From NCBI GenBank assembly GCA_964543955.1, contig CAZJBN010000001.1, positions 56,837 to 120,836 on the forward strand: 64,000 nt of DNA. Reading direction: 5' to 3'. Origin of the DNA: an uncultured Bifidobacteriaceae bacterium. Lineage in GTDB: Bacteria > Acidobacteriota > Vicinamibacteria > Vicinamibacterales > UBA2999. This document shows, in pieces, positions 1 to 7,310 of the stretch (positions are counted from its first letter, which is position 1; every line of letters starts with the position of its first letter). A program made the position numbers and the translations under genes. The notes below the pieces were generated by a model, which had not been told where the DNA came from, ran no database searches, and was given only the letters and a program-made list of their open reading frames with translations.

Positions 1-240
1 GTGCGTCACCGCATTGATGAACGCGTCGTGGTGTTCCGTCCGCCGCAGTTCCCGCACGAGGAACACCGTATAGACGACGATGCCCGCAATGATGAGCGCA
101 AACGCGAGGATGCCGAGCACGAGCGGCAGGACCTGCCGCGCGTTCACGATGATCCACCCGATGTTGAGGGAGACCGCTGCCGCGACGAGGACAACGCACA
201 AGACGATGAAGGCGATGGTCGTGGTCTGGCGGCGTGTCAC
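1..240 (-). CDS. sensor histidine kinase, N-terminal part (gene runs off the window start)
   Basis: Minus-strand reading from GTG at 240-238 gives VTRRQTTTIAFIVLCVVLVAAAVSLNIGWIIVNARQVLPLVLGILAFALIIAGIVVYTVFLVRELRRTEHHDAFINAVTH. That is two hydrophobic helices followed by the start of an H-box (FINAVTH). An in-frame stop lies just upstream at 274-276. The listed + ORF 1..270 is its charged mirror image. Confidence 0.5.
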   Translation of the reverse strand, partial: MTRRQTTTIAFIVLCVVLVAAAVSLNIGWIIVNARQVLPLVLGILAFALIIAGIVVYTVFLVRELRRTEHHDAFINAVTH

Positions 241-334
241 GGGGATGGCCGTTACAAGTTCAGAGTTTAGAGTTCAAAGCTACAAAAGGGGAACTCATGC
301 AGCGCAGTTGGAAAGTGTGCCAGTTTGGAGGCCC

Positions 335-398
335 AAAAACAAAGAGCGGGACCCGGTGGGGCATCCCGCTCGTGTCAGGCAACCCTGAAGGGTTGCCT
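335..398 (-). terminator. intrinsic terminator downstream of the desaturase gene (two hairpins)
   Basis: An 8-bp stem (344-351 GAGCGGGA pairing with 364-371 TCCCGCTC) is followed on the minus strand by TTTGTTTTT (343-335). A second 9-bp stem (377-385 AGGCAACCC pairing with 390-398 GGGTTGCCT, loop TGAA) sits between the stop codon at 423 and this hairpin. Confidence 0.6.
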
Positions 399-422
399 CT
401 ACAAGTTGGTGGAGAGTTGCCT

Positions 423-1283
423 CTAGGCTGCTTCTTCCTCGAGCCGCTCGGTGACCTTGGCGACCTTGATGTCCCACGCCAGCCCGAGCTTCTCGAGCGC
501 CTTGATGCCGAGCCAGTTGAAGTCCACCTCGTACCAGGCCAGGCCGTGGCGCGCCGACACGGGATGGGCATGGTGGTTGTTGTGCCAGCCCTCGCCCCAG
601 GTGAACATCGCGACGAGCCAGTTGTTGGTGGAGTCGTCGCGCGTGGCGAAGCGGCGCGATCCCCAGAGATGCGTGGCCGAGTTGACCGCCCACGTGCAGT
701 GGAGGCCGAACACCGTGCGAAAGAAGACGCCCCAGAGAACATACGGCACACCGCCGATCGCCAGGAGTGCCAGGCCGACGACGACCTGCGGCACCCAGTG
801 CCAGGTGGTCAGGCCGACGTGGAAGTTGTCCTTGGCGAGGTCCGGCACGTAGCGCTTCAGGATGTTCGTCTCGTGGTGCATGGCCTTGCCGGTCATGATC
901 CATCCCATGTGCGCCCAGTAGGTACCTTCACGTGGCGAGTGCGGATCGCCCTCGTGATCCGAGTTCTGGTGGTGGATGCGGTGCGTGGCGACCCAGAAGA
1001 TGGGTCCCCCCTCGAGCGCCAGCGTGCCGCAGAGGGTCAGGAAGTACTCGACCCACTTCGGTGTCTTGAAGCCGCGATGGGTGAGGAGTCGGTGATACCC
1101 CATCCCGATGCCCCAGCTTCCCGAGACATACCAGAGAACGACCATCGCCAGGATGGCGCCCCAGTCGAAGTAGAAGAACGCGGCGACGGCGCCGATGTGG
1201 AACAGGGTCATGGCAATGGCCGTGACCCAGTTGACGCCCTTCGACACCTTCCGGCCGTAGAGTTGCGCGACGTGTTGTGCCAT
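423..1283 (-). CDS. fatty acid (acyl-CoA/acyl-lipid delta-9 type) desaturase
   Basis: 286 aa. Three histidine boxes typical of membrane desaturases are present: HRLLTHR, HRIHHQNSD and HNNHHAHP. Hydrophobic N-terminal helices. Confidence 0.9.
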   Translation of the reverse strand: MAQHVAQLYGRKVSKGVNWVTAIAMTLFHIGAVAAFFYFDWGAILAMVVLWYVSGSWGIGMGYHRLLTHRGFKTPKWVEYFLTLCGTLALEGGPIFWVATHRIHHQNSDHEGDPHSPREGTYWAHMGWIMTGKAMHHETNILKRYVPDLAKDNFHVGLTTWHWVPQVVVGLALLAIGGVPYVLWGVFFRTVFGLHCTWAVNSATHLWGSRRFATRDDSTNNWLVAMFTWGEGWHNNHHAHPVSARHGLAWYEVDFNWLGIKALEKLGLAWDIKVAKVTERLEEEAA

Positions 1284-1358
1284 GTGCGGAGTCGAAAGTA
1301 TCAGCTCCGCGGACGAGGTTCTGTAATACTTCTGTCGTCGGCGTAACTATCCATTGAA

Positions 1359-2309
1359 TCAACGGTTTAGGAGCGGTGCGACCCGGACGAGCCGCTGCCA
1401 GGTGCCCGTCACCGGCCCGACCGGTTCCGCGCGGCCCTCCGCCGGCCGCACGCGTCCGGCCGGTCTGCGGATCATCCACGCGCCGAGCAGGCACACTCCG
1501 GCGCCGAGGATCGACGGGACGGCGACGTCCTCGCCACGCACGACGACACCGAGGACGAGCGCCACGACGGGGACCAGGAAGAGCGTGGCCGACGCGCGAC
1601 TCGGGCCGAGGCGCCCGGCGGCCGTCGTCATGACCACGGTCGCGACACACGTGCCGAGCACGCCGAGCGCCAACATCGACAGAAACGCCCTCATCGTCCA
1701 ACGGGCGTCGACGAGGTCCGGCAGGCCGAGCGGCGCGGTGAGCAGCATGCCGACGCCGAGCGCCCGCCAGACGACCGGCAATGCGCCGCTCCGCTGCTGC
1801 AGGGGCCGCGCCACGCTGAGCGAGACGCCATAGCAGACGAGCGCGAACACGATCATCGCGATGCCGAGGGTGCTGGCCCCGCCGTCGAGACCGGGTACGG
1901 CCATGATGACGCCGCCAATGACGCCTGTGATGACGCCGAGCACGACCGGACGCTCCGGCCAGCGCCGGGCCACGATGCCTGCGACGATCACCGCGAAGAT
2001 CGGCGTCGCGCCGTTCAGCATGCCGGTCAACGCCGAGGACACGTGCTGCTCGGCGAAGGGAAACATGCTGAGGGGGACCGCGAACCACACGACGCCGAGC
2101 GCGGCCGTGGCCCTGCCGTCTCCCGGGTGGAGCGCGCGCCGGGCCGACGGTACGAGCGACAGGGCCGCGAAGCCGATCGCGAGCCTCAGAAACGTGATGC
2201 CGTTCGGCGCCAGGGCTTCGAGCCCTTCGGCGATGAACAGGAAGGACGCACCCCAGATGGCGCCCGGGACGACGAGGAGAATCCAGCTGACGAATGGGCC
2301 TGACGCCAT
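1359..2309 (-). CDS. EamA/DMT family transporter
   Basis: 316 aa, about 10 hydrophobic helices with Gly/Ala-rich duplicated halves. The N-terminus (GAIWGASFLFIAEGLEALAPNGITFLRLAIG) looks EamA-like. Divergent from a LysR gene. Confidence 0.85.
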   Translation of the reverse strand: MASGPFVSWILLVVPGAIWGASFLFIAEGLEALAPNGITFLRLAIGFAALSLVPSARRALHPGDGRATAALGVVWFAVPLSMFPFAEQHVSSALTGMLNGATPIFAVIVAGIVARRWPERPVVLGVITGVIGGVIMAVPGLDGGASTLGIAMIVFALVCYGVSLSVARPLQQRSGALPVVWRALGVGMLLTAPLGLPDLVDARWTMRAFLSMLALGVLGTCVATVVMTTAAGRLGPSRASATLFLVPVVALVLGVVVRGEDVAVPSILGAGVCLLGAWMIRRPAGRVRPAEGRAEPVGPVTGTWQRLVRVAPLLNR

Positions 2310-2380
2310 ACCCCACGATCAGGGCGAAAACAGATTAGGACAAGTGAATAGTTTTGCATGTATTAGTTTAGAATCTCTAC
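2310..2380. promoter_or_regulatory. AT-rich divergent promoter/operator region between the EamA and LysR genes
   Basis: A 71-bp gap that is conspicuously AT-rich for this genome (CAGATTAGGACAAGTGAATAGTTTTGCATGTATTAGTTTAGAATCTCTAC). ATTAG is repeated 28 bp apart. This is the usual layout for a LysR regulator and its divergent target gene. No exact T-N11-A dyad could be fixed by eye. Confidence 0.4.
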
Positions 2381-3280
2381 ATGCTCAACGTCGATCGCCT
2401 GCGTGCCCTTCACGCCGTTGCGGCGGAAGGGTCCATCCTGGCCGCTGCCGATACGCTGCACGTCACCACGTCGGCGGTGTCGCAGCAGCTCGCCAAGCTC
2501 GAGCGGGAGGTTGGCCACACGCTGCTCGAGAAACAGGGGCGCGGTGTCCGGTTGACCGACGCCGGACGCCTCCTGGTCAGGCACACCGAGCGAGTGCTCT
2601 GCACACTCGAACAGGCGGAGGCCGACCTCGATGCCGTTCGCGACAGCGTCACCGGAGAGATCACCATCGGGGCCTTTGCGACCGGTGCACGCGGGCTGGT
2701 GCCTCCGGCGCTCGCCCGGCTTCGCGAACGCTACCCGCAGCTGCAGGCGCGGCTGCGCGAGCTGGAGCCCGACCAGTCGATTCCGCTGCTCGTGCGGCGG
2801 GATCTCGACCTCGTGATCGCGCAGGACTGGTTCAACGCACCGCTGCCGCTGCCGGACGGCCTGACCAGGGCCCCGCTCATGGATGATGTGGCGGACATCG
2901 CGCTGCCGTCGAGCCATCGGCTGGCCGCGAGAGGGACGGTACCGCTGGGCGAGCTGGCCGCCGAACCCTGGATTACGTGGACCGAGGGCTCGATCTGCCA
3001 CGACTGGCTGATCCACACGTTGCGGATTCACGGTCAGGAGCCGCGCGTCGCGCACTCGGCTTCGGAGTATGCGACCCAGCTCGCGCTCGTCGGCGCGGGA
3101 CTGGGAGCGGCCGTCATCCCGAGGCTCGGGCGGGTTCACGTGCCGCCGGGCGTGACCATCGTGGCGTCGGAGCCGACGCTTCGGCGTCACGTCTACGCCA
3201 TCTGGCGGACCGACGCGACGCGGCGGTCGGCCATTCGTGCGGCGGTCGAATCGTTCGAAGCCGTCAGCGCTTCGTCATGA
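2381..3280 (+). CDS. LysR family transcriptional regulator
   Basis: 299 aa. N-terminal winged HTH (LRALHAVAAEGSILAAADTLHVTTSAVSQQLAKLEREVG), then a LysR substrate-binding domain. Confidence 0.92.
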   Translation: MLNVDRLRALHAVAAEGSILAAADTLHVTTSAVSQQLAKLEREVGHTLLEKQGRGVRLTDAGRLLVRHTERVLCTLEQAEADLDAVRDSVTGEITIGAFATGARGLVPPALARLRERYPQLQARLRELEPDQSIPLLVRRDLDLVIAQDWFNAPLPLPDGLTRAPLMDDVADIALPSSHRLAARGTVPLGELAAEPWITWTEGSICHDWLIHTLRIHGQEPRVAHSASEYATQLALVGAGLGAAVIPRLGRVHVPPGVTIVASEPTLRRHVYAIWRTDATRRSAIRAAVESFEAVSASS

Positions 3281-6134
3281 ACTTCTGCCATGTGGCGACG
3301 AGCGCCGCCTGCGGTCCCTTGGCCTCCGCGTAGCGCGTCGCGTAGTCGGTGAATCGGGCGCTGTCGGCGTCGTTCAGCGCGCCGCTCTCCTGGCGCACGC
3401 GGTACATGACCTGGAGCGCGAGGTAGAGCAGGTCCAGGTCGTCCGGCCGGCGTTCGATGAGGCCATGCAGCCGCTCGAGCGCCGGAGCGTACGCGCCGGT
3501 CATGGCTTCCGCCGTGGCCTGCCGCTCGTCGCGTGCGTCGAGGTCGGTCCACGCGCCCGGCGCTTCATCGAGGAACACGAGCGCCTGCAGCCCGTCGCCG
3601 AGCCGCAGGAAGCCGTCGACGAGCGGCGGATACACGACGTCGGCCGCATCGCTCAGGAGCGACATCTGCCACGCACCGACCGCTTCCTTGTCGCGGCCGT
3701 TGGCCGCATGACAGGCACCGATGTAGAACGCCGATCCGAGGTAGTCCGATGCGCTCCTGAGCGCCACCTGGAACCACGCCTGCGCCTGCGCGTACCGGCC
3801 CTTGCCGAGATCGCCCAGACCGCGCACGAACGCGAAGGTCGTCTCCTCGCCCTCCGGCGCATCGCCGCGCGGCTCCGGCGCCTCGTAGCGGCCCTCCCGC
3901 GCGCGGGCAATCACCCTGGCCGCTTCGGGCGACGGCGGGTACATGAACACGAGCGAGTCGAGGAACGCGCCGACGACTTCGGGCGCGAGGACCGTCGCGG
4001 CGTCGAACCGCGGAATGCGGACGGCAATCCGCGGCGGCGGAGGCGGCGGGACCTCTTCGTCCACGGAGAGCGGAGGCTCCGGGGCCATGTCTTCGGTCGG
4101 TCTCGGCGGGAGCGTCGTGATGGGCGCGAAGCGGAACGTTCGCGTGACTCGTGTTTCGGGTTGTCCCGGAGTGGACACGAGCGCGCGCGCGACGTACTGG
4201 CCGGGCGGGAGCAGTCCGAGCCGCACCACGCCACCGAACGTGCGCACGGCGCCCTCCCTGAGCGCGAGCGGGAGGTCGACCGATGTCAGCGGCGGCCCCT
4301 GGTCGTTCTCCGCGACCTGCAGGGTCACTGCGGTGTTCGCGAGCTGAGCGTTGTTCTGCCCGGCTACCGAAATCTGGAACGAAGCGCCTTCGGTGTCCAC
4401 GAGTGGCGCCGGCGCCAGCCGCACGCCGTCCGGCAGCGCCGGTTCGGCCGCGACGAGGAGGTCCGAGACATCCTGCCGCCCGCCCGTGCGTGCCAGCCGC
4501 GCCCGCACGACGTGATGCACGCTTCCGGTGCGCCCCTGGTCGTCGGCGACCGCGATCCGCAGCGTGTATTCGCCGGGTTCGAGCAGGACGGTCGTCTGCA
4601 GGAGCCGCGGCGACTCGGCACGCGGGCTGGCCGGCGAGAGCACCATCCGCGACACGCTGCCCGCGGCCGCCTTGTCGTCCTTGTCCAGTACGAGGATGCC
4701 GACGGGCCACTCGGCGGGCTCGCGTGCCGGCTCGCCGATCTCGGCGGACACGATGACGCGCACGCGCGGATCCTTCGGGTCGACGACGTTGTAGGTCGCC
4801 ACGCGCATCGGCAACCCGCGATCCGGGAGCGGCGCGGACAGCAGATCCTTCACGACCTCTTCGGGTTCGCGTTCGACCGTCCTGCCGGCTCCCGCGTCGG
4901 TCGTGAGCGACGCCTCCTTCGCGAGCGCAAAGGTGGGCCTGGCGCGGACGGTGACGCCGCGCCGCCGCACCTGCACGCGGATACGCCGCTGCCGGCCGGT
5001 ACGGTCCGCATCGGTCGGTTCGAATCCGAGCAGGTAGTATCCGGAGAGCTCGCGGCTGAGACGCTCGAAGACGCCTGCGCCGGTGCCGGCCGCAATCTGC
5101 AGCAGGCGGCCCCGCGTCTGGCCGGCCAGCTGCTCCAGCCCGTCGCGCATCAGGTAGTCGTCGAGACCGAACGACCGCGAACCGCCGGGGGTGGCTCGCG
5201 ACGCGTCCATCATCATCGACTGCGCGGGCCGGACGATGTGGAGCGTGACGCGGGCCTCGGCCGCGCGGCGCGAGACGTCGACGAGGCTGAGCGGCGACCG
5301 GCCGAGGAAGAGGCCCTCGGAGATCATGACGACGTTGACGGGCGAGTCGAGCCTCGCGAGGCGGGCGAAGAGCGTGTCGAGGTAGCGCAGCGTCTGCGAG
5401 GCGCGGGAGCTGGCCTCGCTGATCGCGTTTCTCGCGTCCGCCTCGAGCATGTCCGCGCACGACTCGAGCGCGAAGTCCGACTGCCCGGCACACTCGCGCG
5501 CGACGGCATGCCGCCAGGTGTCCATGTCGTTGGTCTCGAGCGCGAACGCCTCGCTGATCTGCACCTGCCTCGAGCCGGTCAACCCCTCGGGCGTGCCGGC
5601 GGGCCGCTGCAGGGCGTCGCGGATCCGCTGGCGATCCGCCGTGAACTCCACGCTGCCGATGCCGCTCGGCAGCCGCGCGAGCCCCACGAGGTCGCCGGCG
5701 GCCAGCTGGTCGAGCAGCATCTCCCCGGCCCGGACGATCGCCTGCGCTCCTCCCACCCTGATGTGCCCATCGTCCACGACGAAGAGCATGAGGCGGCCCG
5801 ATGTCGGCGCGTCGTTCGACGAAGGCGCCACCGGATCGACTGGTTCGACAGGCGACTCGGAGACCGTGGAGATGAACTGCACGGACTGAATCGCGCGCGG
5901 CTGGCCATTCACCTGCAGGTCGAAGTCGGCGGCCGTCAGGTCGGTGATGGGCGTGCTCTCGTTGTCGGTGACGCTGACGTCGACGAGCACGAGCTCCGCC
6001 CTGGCGCCGAACTGGACGGGCGACTGCGCGCGCATCGCAGGGTGGGCGCAGAGTGCCGCAGCCGCGAGAGCGCAGGCGGAGATCGCGCGCCGGGCGCGAG
6101 CGCCGCGGGGACGCGGACCATCACCCCGGCGCAT
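3264..6134 (-). CDS. exported VWA-like / beta-sandwich / TPR-like multidomain protein (acidobacterial VWFA type, MIDAS degenerate)
   Basis: The ATG at 6134-6132 overlaps the upstream stop as ATGA. Signal peptide RRAISACALAAAALCAHPAMRAQS. The N-terminal segment parallels the neighbouring VWA protein, but the MIDAS position reads VVDDGHI. The C-terminus is TPR-like (GKGRYAQAQAWFQVALRS...GACHAANGRDKEAVGAWQ). The longer 3264..7079 version in the track overlaps the upstream gene and was not used. Confidence 0.8.
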   Translation of the reverse strand: MRRGDGPRPRGARARRAISACALAAAALCAHPAMRAQSPVQFGARAELVLVDVSVTDNESTPITDLTAADFDLQVNGQPRAIQSVQFISTVSESPVEPVDPVAPSSNDAPTSGRLMLFVVDDGHIRVGGAQAIVRAGEMLLDQLAAGDLVGLARLPSGIGSVEFTADRQRIRDALQRPAGTPEGLTGSRQVQISEAFALETNDMDTWRHAVARECAGQSDFALESCADMLEADARNAISEASSRASQTLRYLDTLFARLARLDSPVNVVMISEGLFLGRSPLSLVDVSRRAAEARVTLHIVRPAQSMMMDASRATPGGSRSFGLDDYLMRDGLEQLAGQTRGRLLQIAAGTGAGVFERLSRELSGYYLLGFEPTDADRTGRQRRIRVQVRRRGVTVRARPTFALAKEASLTTDAGAGRTVEREPEEVVKDLLSAPLPDRGLPMRVATYNVVDPKDPRVRVIVSAEIGEPAREPAEWPVGILVLDKDDKAAAGSVSRMVLSPASPRAESPRLLQTTVLLEPGEYTLRIAVADDQGRTGSVHHVVRARLARTGGRQDVSDLLVAAEPALPDGVRLAPAPLVDTEGASFQISVAGQNNAQLANTAVTLQVAENDQGPPLTSVDLPLALREGAVRTFGGVVRLGLLPPGQYVARALVSTPGQPETRVTRTFRFAPITTLPPRPTEDMAPEPPLSVDEEVPPPPPPRIAVRIPRFDAATVLAPEVVGAFLDSLVFMYPPSPEAARVIARAREGRYEAPEPRGDAPEGEETTFAFVRGLGDLGKGRYAQAQAWFQVALRSASDYLGSAFYIGACHAANGRDKEAVGAWQMSLLSDAADVVYPPLVDGFLRLGDGLQALVFLDEAPGAWTDLDARDERQATAEAMTGAYAPALERLHGLIERRPDDLDLLYLALQVMYRVRQESGALNDADSARFTDYATRYAEAKGPQAALVATWQKFMTKR

Positions 6135-7285
6135 CACGGTCCTCCAGGCGCGCGGTAACCCTGCCTGGCACGGACCCTGTGACCGACGCCGGGCAGATCG
6201 ATCTCGATCTCCCGCCACGCTCCGTCGCGCCGGACATTGGTCGACTGATAGCCGATCAGGTACTGGTTCGACAGCTCCTCCACGATGTCCGCGAAGGCGT
6301 CCTCCAGCTTGTCGCTCCGCTCCACGAACAGTCCGCGACCGCCGCTGAGCGTGATGAGGCGTTGGATACCCGAGCGCAGCTGCGCTTCGCGTGCGCCGCG
6401 GCCGAGCGCCACCATGAAGAGCGTCGAGTCGGAGGACCGCATGGCGGCCTCGACGTTGTTGATCGTCGCGTGGCTCGTGCGATCGTCCCCGTCCGAGAAC
6501 ACGACGAGGACGCGCCGGCCCGGTTGCTTCGAGAGGAGCTGCACGCCGCGCACGATCACGTCGAAGAGCGCCGTGCCGCCCCACGGCGCCAGGCGATCCA
6601 CGGCGCGCGACCGATCCGCCGCCCGCGTCTCGCGGCGCGCCAGGGTGAAGAGGTTGTCGTTGAAGGCCGCCAGCGTGACCTGATCCTTCGGACCGAGCGC
6701 GGCGAGGAAGCGGCGCACCGCGTTCTTGAGCTGCGGCATGTGCGGCGCCATGCTCTGGCTGACGTCCACCGCGACGACGATCTCGAGCGGCGATCCCTCG
6801 TTCGAGAAGTGCGAGATCGTCTGGGGCACGCCGTCCTCGAGCAGCCGGAACTGATCGCGCGCCAGGCCCTTGACGAACCGATTGCCGTCGTTCACGACCG
6901 CCGTGACCTGCACGACGTCCACACGGACCGACTCCGCCAGGTCGAGCGCCTTCGTGCGCGTGGCCGCGACGATGCGGCCGCCGCCCGTGAGGTCGGCGAC
7001 GACACGGACGAGGTGTTCCTTCACGTCGGCGCCGGCGTCCCAGGGGCACTCGATCCGCGCCGTGTCGGTGAGCGTGCACACCAGGCGCCCATCGGCGTAG
7101 AACATCACGCGCCCGGCTTCCTTCGCGCGTGGCGGCGGTTCGATGATCGCCTTGAGCAGCACCGGGCCCGACAGATAGGTGTCAGGCCCAGGGGACACGA
7201 TACGGATGGTCAGCTCCTGTTCGCGCGCGCCAGGGAACGCGACCACGACCAGCAGCGCCAATGCCACGCCAAAGCTCGTGCGCAT
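6134..7285 (-). CDS. exported VWA domain protein (acidobacterial VWFA type, intact MIDAS)
   Basis: Start placed at ATG 7285, giving MRTSFGVALALLVVVAFPGA as a signal peptide. MIDAS motif DVSQS. Typical VWA blocks are present (VLVVFSDGDD, LFMVALG). The C-terminal block LSNQYLIGYQS is as I recall it from the TIGR03436-type family. Confidence 0.85.
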   Translation of the reverse strand: MRTSFGVALALLVVVAFPGAREQELTIRIVSPGPDTYLSGPVLLKAIIEPPPRAKEAGRVMFYADGRLVCTLTDTARIECPWDAGADVKEHLVRVVADLTGGGRIVAATRTKALDLAESVRVDVVQVTAVVNDGNRFVKGLARDQFRLLEDGVPQTISHFSNEGSPLEIVVAVDVSQSMAPHMPQLKNAVRRFLAALGPKDQVTLAAFNDNLFTLARRETRAADRSRAVDRLAPWGGTALFDVIVRGVQLLSKQPGRRVLVVFSDGDDRTSHATINNVEAAMRSSDSTLFMVALGRGAREAQLRSGIQRLITLSGGRGLFVERSDKLEDAFADIVEELSNQYLIGYQSTNVRRDGAWREIEIDLPGVGHRVRARQGYRAPGGP

Positions 7286-7310
7286 GAGAGCGGAGGTGAG
7301 GATTCTACAA

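Noticed and set aside
1-270. 89-aa + strand ORF at the window start
   Set aside because: It is highly charged (D/E/R) with no hydrophobic core. It is the complement of a frame encoding two TM helices and an H-box start, which I annotated instead.
5017-5027. GGTTCGAATCC, a tRNA T-loop-like string
   Set aside because: It lies inside a well-supported CDS. The flanking 5-nt arms pair imperfectly, and no acceptor, D or anticodon arms can be built around it.
3237-6158. 973-aa ORF on the + strand
   Set aside because: It is exactly antisense to the well-supported VWA/TPR gene. Its Arg/Gly/Pro/Asp-rich composition shows no domain. This is a typical open antisense frame in high-GC DNA.
6135-7079. N-terminal extensions of track ORFs (3264..7079, 27954..29699, 38119..39390, 44622..46334, 46203..47990, 37230..38354, 42151..43107, 9945..11600)
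   Set aside because: The extensions are Arg/Pro-rich and overlap neighbouring genes. They precede internal start codons that yield proper signal peptides, SD sequences or homology-consistent N-termini. The shorter starts were used.
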